Assembly (NCBI GenBank): GCA_018175075.1
Contig: GCA_018175075.1_4100.1
Length of the DNA stretch: 64,000 nucleotides
Strand: one strand, 5' to 3'
Origin: a phage
The position numbers were made by a program, and so were the translations under genes. The notes under the pieces were generated by a model. That model was not told where the DNA came from. It saw only the letters and a list, made by a program, of their open reading frames with translations, and made no database searches. This document shows positions 39,824-47,687 of the stretch, in pieces. Every line of letters starts with the position of its first letter. Positions within the stretch are counted from its first letter, which is position 1.

Positions 39824-40009
39824 ATGCATAGAGAATACTACACACAATTTGTTAAAGGGAACTACAAACATGCCGTACCCAGAACCCCTTTAAATTCTCA
39901 TGACCCAAGTACTATATTCTTGTTTAATGACGCAATACGTACAGTACTCAATACTAAAGATGAAGATGTGCAGTACGTATTCTTACTATTACTTATATAC
40001 AGACACTAA
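39824..40009 (+). CDS. small protein, family S (S17)
   Basis: MHREYYTQFV..LLIYRH. Confidence 0.5.
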   Translation: MHREYYTQFVKGNYKHAVPRTPLNSHDPSTIFLFNDAIRTVLNTKDEDVQYVFLLLLIYRH

Positions 40010-40014
40010 CTAAT

Positions 40015-40224
40015 ATGAATAAAGAACATAAAGAATTCTACTCCAAATACATAAGCCCCTCAGAACAAATGTTTCTAAGAACTACTCCACCTTTAAGTAC
40101 TAATACATTTTTCGGCAGAGTATGCTACAATAATTGTATTCAAATGACTTTAAACGCAAACGAAGATGGTAACAGTACTAACCTGTACTCAGGTATCATA
40201 GGTATACTATTCCTGTATGAATAA
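40015..40224 (+). CDS. small protein, family S (S18)
   Basis: MNKEHKEFYSKY..; paralog of S3. Confidence 0.55.
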   Translation: MNKEHKEFYSKYISPSEQMFLRTTPPLSTNTFFGRVCYNNCIQMTLNANEDGNSTNLYSGIIGILFLYE

Positions 40225-40408
40225 TTACAAAGACTTCTATTTGAATACACTACCTACTGTACTTTCTCTAAGTGCTCAATGTAAAATCCCGCTGGATAAT
40301 GCTTACGCCAGATATAGCTATTCCATAACTGTTAATCGATGTATAGAGAATCATTGCAGTACTAACACTAGTACTATCATATTAATTAATAGAGAATACT
40401 ATGTATAA
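40217..40408 (+). CDS. small protein, family S (S19)
   Basis: MNNYKDFYLNTLP. Confidence 0.5.
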   Translation: MNNYKDFYLNTLPTVLSLSAQCKIPLDNAYARYSYSITVNRCIENHCSTNTSTIILINREYYV

Positions 40409-40592
40409 AAACTTCTATATAAGTAAACTAAAAGAAAATGAACAAGTATGGATTAGATCTATAATTCCACTGGCATTTAATAGATATGCATTTAACAGAT
40501 GTACCGAGATTGCTATAGACCCTTATAATATTAAAGAGAATGTACAGTATAATCAGTACTACTATATCTTAATGCTTATATATAGAAAGTAA
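40401..40592 (+). CDS. small protein, family S (S20)
   Basis: MYKNFYISKL..LMLIYRK. Confidence 0.5.
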   Translation: MYKNFYISKLKENEQVWIRSIIPLAFNRYAFNRCTEIAIDPYNIKENVQYNQYYYILMLIYRK

Positions 40593-41003
40593 TTAAACAC
40601 ATAGAGACAGGGGAAGCTCCTAGTGAACAACCTTTATGTACAGGCGAATTGTTAAAATTCAGCCTGGACAAATGCGATCACTAGGATTCTCCCCAGGCTA
40701 AACCCCGTAATCATAGGTAGTCATAAGTAATCATATATAAACATTTATATGAGCACCGTAGAATCACAGAATGATTATATATGATTCAGTACTGATTAGT
40801 ATAGACAAGATTGCTCAAGAATGCACGGAAATGTGTGTGAATGATTCAGTACTGATATCCCACTAAGTAGGCAGAGGAAGTCTGCCGTACTTTGTAGTTT
40901 CCAAGCTCCTTTTCCATTTTGCAAATTACATCAAATGTAATCAAAAGTAATCACACAATGATTAGTACTGAATTATTACTTTCACCTTAATTACAATTAC
41001 CCT

Positions 41004-41023
41004 TTTACCCTTCGGGGTAAAAT
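41004..41023 (+). other. perfect 8-bp hairpin with UUCG tetraloop in noncoding island
   Basis: TTTTACCC-TTCG-GGGTAAAA. Confidence 0.4.
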
Positions 41024-41230
41024 TCCATTACCCCTTGAGGCTCCAGCAAAAAGTTGGTTAGTACTCCATCCTAAATCTCGATCCTAAAAATTTTGGAGTA
41101 CCTATGAAATAAAAGTTGGATCTTCGAAAGTTGAAATTTACGTTGGGACGTTTATGATTTGTGGGATATAATGATGTTTGTAGTCGGGTAGTTCTCAAGA
41201 ATATCAGTACTGAATGATGAAAGAAAGCTA

Positions 41231-41385
41231 TTGACTTTATGATTCAGTACTGTATAATGTTTTACATAGAGAGATGAGTTGCCGCAAACAATTCATTCAC
41301 TCTACTTCCTGTCGTGAGACAGTACAGAAAGATAGTTCCTCCTATGGGTGGTACATCTTTTAGAACCTCTTTTTTCGTAATATGA
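41231..41385 (+). ncRNA. candidate small transcript: promoter TTGACT/16/TATAAT, no ORF of 60 aa or more, T-run at 41371-41376
   Basis: TTGACT 41231-41236, TATAAT 41253-41258; only a 29-codon ORF downstream. Confidence 0.25.
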
Positions 41386-41441
41386 ACAGTACTGATATTA
41401 ACAGAATGGTGTCAGTACTGATTTTAATTTAATGCATTATG

Positions 41442-41461
41442 CCACCAGCACAAGCTGGTGG
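41442..41461. repeat. inverted Chi-octamer hairpin
   Basis: CCACCAGC-ACAA-GCTGGTGG. Confidence 0.5.
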
Positions 41462-41587
41462 ATTCCCTCTAACAGTATTCAGTACTACATGATGGTCTTC
41501 ATCCTCCTAGGGTAACATAGTGAGGGCTATGATGGCAGTACTGAATACTCCCTTTCAAAAGATAGATCTATGGTATAGTACTGACGG

Positions 41588-41775
41588 ATTTTGGGCGTAG
41601 TTACCCTGGATGGATTTTGGGCGTAGATATGTCTAGCCCTCCAGAAGTCTGGAAGTAAAGATGGCTATCCATCTAGACGGCTAAACGGCTAGATTTCTGG
41701 ATGGCTGGATGGCTAGACGTTTGGACGGCTAAACGGCTAGATGGTTACACGTCTGGAAGTATAGACGGCTAAATC
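41588..41775. repeat. iteron-like direct repeats
   Basis: ATTTTGGGCGTAG x2; GACGGCTAAACGGCTAGAT x2 (41676-41694, 41724-41742); GTCTGGAAGTA x2; reiterated GGCTA/GATGG units. Confidence 0.5.
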
Positions 41776-41994
41776 AAAATTTTATTTTGTTTTTTCCAAT
41801 AGTTCCCCTACCGCGTGGGGATAGTTTCCCCGCAGTATCTGGTGTTAGATTTTTCTGAATCTGGAATCATTATCTTATAAACTGGGGGCAATGTCAACGG
41901 CCTGGACGGATATTTTTAAAAATTTTTTCAGTACTGAATTTTGGGCGTAACTATGCACCCGGTGGGCTGGAGTCTTTCTCGACTTGATGGAACT

Positions 41995-42022
41995 ATTATA
42001 CAGTACTGGAAAAATAAAGCAA
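41995..42022 (-). promoter_or_regulatory. minus-strand promoter TTGCTT/16/TATAAT
   Basis: read as reverse complement. Confidence 0.35.
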
Positions 42023-42209
42023 TACCCTGGATGAAAAAAGTTTTAATTAATTTGCTTGCCATCCTGGGCCGGACTATGGTACTATAATTCAGTACTGAGA
42101 AAGTGCGTTAACCTGCTAGGGTGCGGGAGTGTATCCTTTTTTTATATCTTGAATTTTGGGCGTAATTCCGCACCCTCTGGGGTTTCCGCTTTCTCGCGTC
42201 TATGTAGTA

Positions 42210-42237
42210 ATTATACGCTTTTTCAGGATCAAGTCAA
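42210..42237 (-). promoter_or_regulatory. minus-strand promoter TTGACT/16/TATAAT
   Basis: read as reverse complement. Confidence 0.35.
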
Positions 42238-42390
42238 TACCTAAAAACAAATAATTGAAAATAATTTAACGCGTTTAAACGGCCCGTAACGCCCTGGAAT
42301 GATTAGAATGGTGCAAATGTATAGCTTAGGTGTATTAATGCGTTAGAATGCGTCTGAGGCCGTTTTATGGGGTGTAGTAGTGATTTGGTT

Positions 42391-42480
42391 GATTCAGTAC
42401 TGAATAATAGTACTCCTATATAGAAAGATAGTTCCCCTGGATTGATTCAGTACTGAATAATAGTACTCCTATATAGAAAG
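42391..42480. repeat. tandem direct repeat, 37-bp unit at 53-bp period
   Basis: GATTCAGTACTGAATAATAGTACTCCTATATAGAAAG at 42391-42427 and 42444-42480. Confidence 0.6.
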
Positions 42481-42512
42481 AAAACTATTTTAAAAGTACA
42501 TGTAGAAAGTAC

Positions 42513-42571
42513 TTGCACCGTACTGATAAAAGCGTATAATGTTTTACATCGAGAGCGGGAACACTTCCCGC
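42513..42571 (+). promoter_or_regulatory. A-type promoter/stem-loop cassette
   Basis: TTGCAC/16/TATAAT + GCGGGAA-CAC-TTCCCGC. Confidence 0.55.
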
Positions 42572-42586
42572 TACACTTTAAAAGAG

Positions 42587-42958
42587 ATGAAAACGATGGC
42601 GACTCAAATCAATAAAATCATGCTTAACCTGGTAAACTTCCGCGATGAGATGAAAGGTCTTCCGGCTGAAACTGTAAAAATTCACATTGCAGCTTATCGG
42701 GAACTTATTGCAATGTTGCCGCTTAAGCGTGAACAATACGCCGCTACTTTGATGCTGGATTCAATGATCCATGTAATGATCTCAAATGATTTAACGATGG
42801 TTTATCAGTACATGGGAGAAAATTTCGCGGTGTGTAGTAAGCCAGTACCAGGGATGGCAACTACTGAGGAATTGCACGGTTTAAATTTAAAGCAAGATGC
42901 ATGGGATAATATGCCTCGTTTCCTGGTATGGGCTGACAGTGGCAAAATTTACAAATAA
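42587..42958 (+). CDS. hypothetical protein
   Basis: ATG 42587 after the stem-loop; track start 42539 is the ATG inside the -10 box. Confidence 0.55.
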   Translation: MKTMATQINKIMLNLVNFRDEMKGLPAETVKIHIAAYRELIAMLPLKREQYAATLMLDSMIHVMISNDLTMVYQYMGENFAVCSKPVPGMATTEELHGLNLKQDAWDNMPRFLVWADSGKIYK

Positions 42959-42972
42959 GTTTAATAAAGTAC

Positions 42973-43031
42973 TTGCAAACTATGTTTAATGGCGTATAAT
43001 GTTTTACATCAGGTGGGGAATAGTTCCCCAC
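42973..43031 (+). promoter_or_regulatory. A-type promoter/stem-loop cassette
   Basis: TTGCAA/16/TATAAT + GGGGAA-TAG-TTCCCC. Confidence 0.55.
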
Positions 43032-43051
43032 TATATAAGAGGATTAAAAAA

Positions 43052-43291
43052 ATGGCTAAATCAAAAATGTTCTTAGGTCACAAAAACAAAACTCATTGGA
43101 ATGTAAGCCTGTGGATTAATAACGATGAGGGATTGTATCGGTTGGCCCTGGATTTTATTAACGACAACACTAATCGCAATGATGCGGCCCGTCATATGAT
43201 GTTATTTTTAGAACAGACTGGACAAGATAAAACACCGGACGGATTCAAATATAGCACTACTGCGATCCGTGCGGCGATGGTTGGAATGTAA
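43052..43291 (+). CDS. hypothetical protein (paralog of 45092 gene)
   Basis: AAGAGGA RBS; shared ..GHKNKTHWNVSLWINN..TPDGFKYSTTAIRAAMVGM. Confidence 0.6.
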   Translation: MAKSKMFLGHKNKTHWNVSLWINNDEGLYRLALDFINDNTNRNDAARHMMLFLEQTGQDKTPDGFKYSTTAIRAAMVGM

Positions 43292-43381
43292 TAGAATAGA
43301 ATTTATTTAAAGTACTATCGCAAAAAATGATAGTACTTTATAATAGTGTTTTATTCATACACCAACGATAAGGGCAACAGC

Positions 43382-43645
43382 ATGAATATTAAGTATTTTG
43401 CGACGCGTGAACAAGCTCGGATCGCTGCACGCCAGGACGGGGCAACGTTTAAAGATATGGGCGTACAATCGGAACGTGGTAAACGTTGGGCCATTGTAAA
43501 GCGTAGTACCGCCAGATCATTACAGTACTGGTTAGCGGCCTTAAAAAGTCCCGATAGTGTATCGCGTCGAGTGGTAGAAATAAAGCTCGACCGAAAGGGC
43601 AACCGCGTGACCGTGTACCGTACTAAAAAGATTGCAGTACTATAA
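43382..43645 (+). CDS. hypothetical protein (paralog of 56658 gene)
   Basis: AAGGG RBS; shared KYFATREQARIAAR..DRKGNRVTVY. Confidence 0.55.
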   Translation: MNIKYFATREQARIAARQDGATFKDMGVQSERGKRWAIVKRSTARSLQYWLAALKSPDSVSRRVVEIKLDRKGNRVTVYRTKKIAVL

Positions 43646-43653
43646 AAAAGTAC

Positions 43654-43711
43654 TTGCAAACTCTGTTTAATGGCGTATAATGTTTTACATCGAGAGCGGG
43701 AACACTTCCCG
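43654..43711 (+). promoter_or_regulatory. A-type promoter/stem-loop cassette
   Basis: TTGCAA/16/TATAAT + GCGGGAACACTTCCCGC. Confidence 0.55.
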
Positions 43712-43733
43712 CCTATAACCTGGAGTAATAAAA

Positions 43734-43964
43734 ATGACTAATATGTATATGACTGAAGTTAAAACCGTAAAAGATACTACCACAAATAAAGTTACTTACT
43801 TACAGCGGATCTGTGGTGTATGGCAACGTATCAGCAAATCAAAGTACTATAAATTAACATCATATGCAAACCGTTCTGATTCATTCAGTACTGAAATAAA
43901 AGGTAATAAAGTACACCAATACGGCACTTATTATTATTACAGCCTGGACGCGATTGCAGTATAA
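43734..43964 (+). CDS. hypothetical protein
   Basis: 76 aa, GGAG RBS. Confidence 0.55.
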   Translation: MTNMYMTEVKTVKDTTTNKVTYLQRICGVWQRISKSKYYKLTSYANRSDSFSTEIKGNKVHQYGTYYYYSLDAIAV

Positions 43965-43994
43965 GCAGTTTACAAATCTTTACAATTGCCGGTA

Positions 43995-44023
43995 TTGACT
44001 TATTTTGTCAGTACTGGCATAAT
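43995..44023 (+). promoter_or_regulatory. sigma70-like promoter TTGACT/17/CATAAT with no ORF downstream
   Basis: faces minus promoter 44139-44167 across an inverted-repeat element. Confidence 0.4.
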
Positions 44024-44039
44024 GTATTCATTGGCAGAT

Positions 44040-44135
44040 AAGCCGTAGCCCATAGGGTGCGGGAGTGTATCTATAGAAAAATTAGTTTAGTATAGTTACA
44101 ATTGTGCACCCGGTGGGTTAGCTGTTGTCATGGGG
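44040..44135. repeat. GGGTGC inverted-repeat element
   Basis: CCCATAGGGTGC .. GCACCCGGTGGG arms about 50 nt apart; related copies at ~41950, 42110-42180, 46520, 51365, 53020, 55365, 58625, 60890. Confidence 0.5.
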
Positions 44136-44138
44136 TAT

Positions 44139-44167
44139 ATTATGCCAGTACTGGATAGTGCTGTCAA
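44139..44167 (-). promoter_or_regulatory. minus-strand promoter TTGACA/17/CATAAT
   Basis: read as reverse complement; convergent with 43995 promoter. Confidence 0.4.
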
Positions 44168-44211
44168 TACTTTTTTAATATTCAGTACTGAAAACTATTT
44201 TTAAAAAGTAC

Positions 44212-44357
44212 TTGCAAACTATGTTTAAAGGCGTATAATGTTTTACATCAGGACGGGGAACGAAATAAGTAACTTCCCGTTAAGTAGCCCAGGAGTAAGG
44301 CACACGAAAAACTCCCCTGATAAAATAGTTTGACAATTGTTTTTAAAAGCGTATAAT
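44212..44357 (+). promoter_or_regulatory. tandem promoters flanking a conserved leader (copy 1)
   Basis: TTGCAA 44212/TATAAT 44234; leader hairpin; second TTGACA 44330/TATAAT 44352; homologous block at 55428-55571. Confidence 0.5.
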
Positions 44358-44389
44358 ACTTACATCAACTACTGAATGAGGGTTACAAA

Positions 44390-45001
44390 ATGAAAACTAT
44401 CACTACTACTACTTTCGTTATGGATTTTTCTGAATTGAACGCAGAACAAAAAACGTCAGCTATCGAACTGGTTCGGGAACGTGAAAAAAACTCAAACGAC
44501 AATTATTTTTCTGAAAGTGAAATTGAATACTATAAAGAAACAGTACTACCGGAATATGGCATTAATGACGCTGAAATACAATTCAGTGGCTTTTGGTCCC
44601 AGGGTGACGGTGCATCAATCAGTACTGACCACGTTGACGCAGTGAAGTTTTTACGCAAGGTAAGAGCATTAACTAAGTATCGCTCAATCCGTCACCTGCT
44701 GAATGAAGATGATTTGGCGATGAGTGTAAAGCGTTCGCACTCCCACTACTCGCATGAGAATACTGTAAGCGGGTACATTGAATCGGCTTACACTGATTTA
44801 ACCGCAAAACAAGAAACGTTAGTTAATGAGCTTGAGGAACTACTCACTGAAACTATTCGTGAATTGTCCCGCAAGTTGTACCGTGATTTAGAGAATGCAT
44901 ATGAGGATCAATTCACCACTGAAAACATTACGGCACTGATTGAGGGTAACGAATATCAATTCAATGTTATTGATGGCGTAGTAGAATCAATCGAATATTA
45001 A
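44390..45001 (+). CDS. hypothetical acidic protein
   Basis: 203 aa, GAGGG RBS. Confidence 0.65.
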   Translation: MKTITTTTFVMDFSELNAEQKTSAIELVREREKNSNDNYFSESEIEYYKETVLPEYGINDAEIQFSGFWSQGDGASISTDHVDAVKFLRKVRALTKYRSIRHLLNEDDLAMSVKRSHSHYSHENTVSGYIESAYTDLTAKQETLVNELEELLTETIRELSRKLYRDLENAYEDQFTTENITALIEGNEYQFNVIDGVVESIEY

Positions 45002-45013
45002 TTTAAAAAGTAC

Positions 45014-45073
45014 TTGCAAACTAAGTTTAAAAGCGTATAATACTTTATATCGAGGCGGGGAATGGTTCCCCGC
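45014..45073 (+). promoter_or_regulatory. A-type promoter/stem-loop cassette
   Basis: TTGCAA/16/TATAAT + GCGGGGAA-TGG-TTCCCCGC. Confidence 0.55.
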
Positions 45074-45091
45074 TCAAACGAGGATTTAAAA

Positions 45092-45331
45092 ATGGCTAGT
45101 ACTAAAACTTACAACGGTCACAAAAACAAAACTCATTGGAATGTAAGCCTTTGGATTAATAACGGTGAGTCATTGTATCGGCTTGCTCAAAGTTGCATCG
45201 CACAAAGTAGAACTAAAGATATTGCTGCGGAATGTATGTACCGCAGATTAAAAGCCAACGGTACTACTACAACGCCGGACGGCTTTAAGTATAGCACTAC
45301 TGCGATCCGTGCTGCAATGGTTGGAATGTAA
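45092..45331 (+). CDS. hypothetical protein (paralog of 43052 gene)
   Basis: 79 aa, GAGGA RBS. Confidence 0.6.
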   Translation: MASTKTYNGHKNKTHWNVSLWINNGESLYRLAQSCIAQSRTKDIAAECMYRRLKANGTTTTPDGFKYSTTAIRAAMVGM

Positions 45332-45350
45332 TATTCAGTACTGAGATAAT

Positions 45351-45370
45351 GGCGGGGAATGGTTCCCGCC
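45351..45370 (+). promoter_or_regulatory. isolated cassette-type stem-loop
   Basis: GGCGGGGAA-TGG-TTCCCGCC with no clear -35. Confidence 0.35.
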
Positions 45371-45388
45371 TTTACTGAGGGTTATCTA

Positions 45389-45676
45389 ATGAGTAAAGTA
45401 ATAAAGTACAATGTGTTAAGTAAATCATTGTCTATCAGTGAATGCACCGATGGTTTTTGGATGTACGATGAAACGCGTGGCATGAATTTAGCTATGCGTG
45501 CAAAAACTGCTGAGGCGGCGTATATTCAAGCACTGGAATACTACCAGGAACGTTTAAAGGAAGTAGAAGAAGATTATAAAAGCCTCAAAGCGAAAGTAGA
45601 TCATTTCGTCGGTCAATTCGTGGAAGACAACGACGAGGACGGGCACTACTGCGACCGTTGCGGATCTTACAGTTAA
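45389..45676 (+). CDS. hypothetical protein
   Basis: ATG 45389 with GAGGG RBS; C-terminal CDRC. Confidence 0.5.
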   Translation: MSKVIKYNVLSKSLSISECTDGFWMYDETRGMNLAMRAKTAEAAYIQALEYYQERLKEVEEDYKSLKAKVDHFVGQFVEDNDEDGHYCDRCGSYS

Positions 45677-45693
45677 GTACTAAGGATTATATA

Positions 45694-45906
45694 ATGAGTG
45701 ATTTAATTGAACGTATCAAAGAGCTTGAAGAAAAAGAATTGCAGTTGATCGGGTTACGGAATAAAGTATTCCATGATTTAGGTGGCTTTATTAATGCCTG
45801 GGATAGTGGCGATCCTGATGCGTTACCTGCTAACCGCCAGGCGATGATCAATGATGTGCGTGGTGTCTTTGAGTATGTTTTAAAAGTACTAGACACTAAG
45901 CAATAA
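45694..45906 (+). CDS. hypothetical protein
   Basis: ATG 45694 with AAGGA RBS. Confidence 0.5.
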   Translation: MSDLIERIKELEEKELQLIGLRNKVFHDLGGFINAWDSGDPDALPANRQAMINDVRGVFEYVLKVLDTKQ

Positions 45907-45967
45907 AGGCGTATAATACTTTATATTGGTACTGACAAACATTATAAGCGATTCAGGAGCTTTAATC

Positions 45968-46153
45968 ATGACAACATTATCTGAGGTTATCCGCGTTCAA
46001 GCTGCAAAGGCTGGAATGACTGTTATCAATGTAGGGATCAAGATTGAGATCTCCCCTAACGAGTTGCAAGGGATTCCCGATCCTACTAGCTGGGATCGTG
46101 CTGGGCGAATGATGCGTAATGCTTCATTACTGGACGGTACAAAATTTAATTAA
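45968..46153 (+). CDS. hypothetical protein
   Basis: 61 aa; CAGGAG RBS. Confidence 0.45.
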   Translation: MTTLSEVIRVQAAKAGMTVINVGIKIEISPNELQGIPDPTSWDRAGRMMRNASLLDGTKFN

Positions 46154-46160
46154 AAAGTAC

Positions 46161-46219
46161 TTGCAATTAGTTTTTAGTACTGTATAATGGTTTACATCAA
46201 AGGGAGAAATGGTTCTCCC
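46161..46219 (+). promoter_or_regulatory. A-type promoter/stem-loop cassette
   Basis: TTGCAA/16/TATAAT + GGGAGAAATGGTTCTCCC. Confidence 0.55.
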
Positions 46220-46238
46220 TGGTAATGAGGAAAATAAA

Positions 46239-46460
46239 ATGGCTAATATCACTACTCTTTCCCAACTGGAAGCACTGGTTAAATCTATGCGGGAACATGC
46301 CGACAAAATCGGCGTACAAGATCCAGCCGTTTGCTTCTGCGACGAAATGAATGATGATACACTGGTAATAGCAGAAGTCCAGGACGTTTCTAACTATTCC
46401 TCGCGTTACACTGGCGGCGTAGCAAATAAAGGTGACTTCTGTTTATACCTTACAAAATAA
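46239..46460 (+). CDS. hypothetical protein
   Basis: 73 aa, GAGGA RBS. Confidence 0.55.
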   Translation: MANITTLSQLEALVKSMREHADKIGVQDPAVCFCDEMNDDTLVIAEVQDVSNYSSRYTGGVANKGDFCLYLTK

Positions 46461-46465
46461 CAACG

Positions 46466-46496
46466 CGGGGAGATAATAACTCCCCGTTACTTTTTC
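46466..46496. terminator. intrinsic terminator hairpin, T-rich on both sides
   Basis: CGGGGAGATAATAACTCCCCG then TTACTTTTTC. Confidence 0.55.
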
Positions 46497-46566
46497 AGTA
46501 CTGAATCATTTAATAGACGGATCTCGGCACCCGGTGGGTTAGTGACTGTTTCGTCTTGATGTAGTA

Positions 46567-46595
46567 ATTATGCCAGTACTGGATGCACTTGTCAA
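46567..46595 (-). promoter_or_regulatory. minus-strand promoter TTGACA/17/CATAAT
   Basis: read as reverse complement; would give a ~90-nt antisense RNA ending at hairpin 46466-46486. Confidence 0.35.
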
Positions 46596-46628
46596 CAACT
46601 ATTTTTCAAATACTTTTTATTAAAATAC

Positions 46629-46682
46629 TTGCAATTAGTTTTTAAACGCGTATAATGTTTTGCATAGGGGGAGCGGTTCCCC
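46629..46682 (+). promoter_or_regulatory. A-type promoter/stem-loop cassette
   Basis: TTGCAA/16/TATAAT + GGGGGAGCGGTTCCCC. Confidence 0.5.
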
Positions 46683-46703
46683 TGGTAACTAAGGAATAAT
46701 AAA

Positions 46704-46940
46704 ATGCTTGAACAAATCAAATCAACGTCTGCGAATGTAACGGGAACGGTAGCACACTTTACTAGTGATGAATCGCGGGGCGTTCCCTATTGTGCTGTAC
46801 ATGTAAACACTGAGGGTAACTACTGGTTTACGGTTTACGGATCATATTCATTTGGACGGCCTGGACATCAAAAAATTCTGGATAAAGTACAGCCAACGGG
46901 TAAAAATATCACTGCTGAAATGTTTTATAAAAAATCATAA
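46704..46940 (+). CDS. hypothetical protein
   Basis: 78 aa, AAGGA RBS. Confidence 0.55.
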   Translation: MLEQIKSTSANVTGTVAHFTSDESRGVPYCAVHVNTEGNYWFTVYGSYSFGRPGHQKILDKVQPTGKNITAEMFYKKS

Positions 46941-46945
46941 AGTAC

Positions 46946-47005
46946 TTGATAATAGTTTTTAGTACTGTATAATATTTTACATCGCAAGGGGGGAGCGGTT
47001 CCCCC
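46946..47005 (+). promoter_or_regulatory. A-type promoter/stem-loop cassette
   Basis: TTGATA/16/TATAAT + GGGGGGAGCGGTTCCCCC. Confidence 0.5.
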
Positions 47006-47025
47006 TGGTAACTAAGGATAATCAA

Positions 47026-47325
47026 ATGAAAATTGCAATCATCGCCCTGGCTTTATCTGTTTCCTCTTTCGCTGTTAATGCGTCGTTAGATGTAAGTAGT
47101 GAAAAATTCATTCAGTGCACTGTAGCGATGACCAATGAAAGTACTGGCGAGATTGTTTTAAAGGATTTAGAGATCCAGCCAGAAGCATTTAAAAACGGGC
47201 CGTTCCATGAAGAAGACGAAAAAGGTAGCACGACAATTTATTACGATGCAAGTACTAAACGCGGTTCGGTCACTGTTATGGATACTGAGAAAGTAACGCA
47301 TTCCGGCGTTATTAATTGCCGTTGA
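47026..47325 (+). CDS. secreted protein (signal peptide)
   Basis: MKIAIIALALSVSSFAVNASLD; AAGGA RBS. Confidence 0.6.
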   Translation: MKIAIIALALSVSSFAVNASLDVSSEKFIQCTVAMTNESTGEIVLKDLEIQPEAFKNGPFHEEDEKGSTTIYYDASTKRGSVTVMDTEKVTHSGVINCR

Positions 47326-47346
47326 TAGATACTACGGGGTAACATC

Positions 47347-47577
47347 ATGACTAAGCGAATTGTTTTACTTAACGAAAGCAGTACTACACAACTACTTAAC
47401 GCCGTGCATTATGATATTGAAACGAGCGTTAATCTTATCAGTACTGTAGTACTGTTGGACACTGGAAAGGTCGCCAATGATAAAGCGATTGCAGGTATAT
47501 TAACGGATCTTGAGCCTGGTAGCAGTGCACCAATAACGTTAAATGGTAAAGTGTTTAATATTTTACTCACTGATTAA
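47347..47577 (+). CDS. hypothetical protein
   Basis: 76 aa, GGGG RBS. Confidence 0.5.
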   Translation: MTKRIVLLNESSTTQLLNAVHYDIETSVNLISTVVLLDTGKVANDKAIAGILTDLEPGSSAPITLNGKVFNILLTD

Positions 47578-47583
47578 GTACAT

Positions 47584-47607
47584 AGCCCACCTGGTGGGCT
47601 TTTTTGT
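47584..47607 (+). terminator. intrinsic terminator
   Basis: AGCCCACC-T-GGTGGGCT + T6. Confidence 0.7.
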
Positions 47608-47659
47608 TTTTGTAGTATCGTAGTACTGAGATACTTTGAAAATAGTTTTAAAAAAATAG

Positions 47660-47687
47660 TTGACATTACCGCAAAAAGGCGTAGAAT
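47660..47687 (+). promoter_or_regulatory. sigma70-like promoter TTGACA/16/TAGAAT with ~120-nt leader
   Basis: hexamers read directly. Confidence 0.45.

Noticed and set aside
42539-42586. Track ORF starts beginning MFYIE.., MVLPG.., MVPRS.. at 42539, 45062, 46209, 48521, 50897, 54869, 58577, 59583, 61455
   Set aside because: These ATGs are the TATAATG of the -10 box or lie in the loop of the cassette hairpin, with no RBS. The ATG after the stem-loop with a Shine-Dalgarno sequence was used instead.
40593-42586. tRNA genes in the noncoding island
   Set aside because: I found no GGTTCGAATCC-type T-arm with a matching acceptor stem or D-arm. This is not excluded without tRNAscan-SE.
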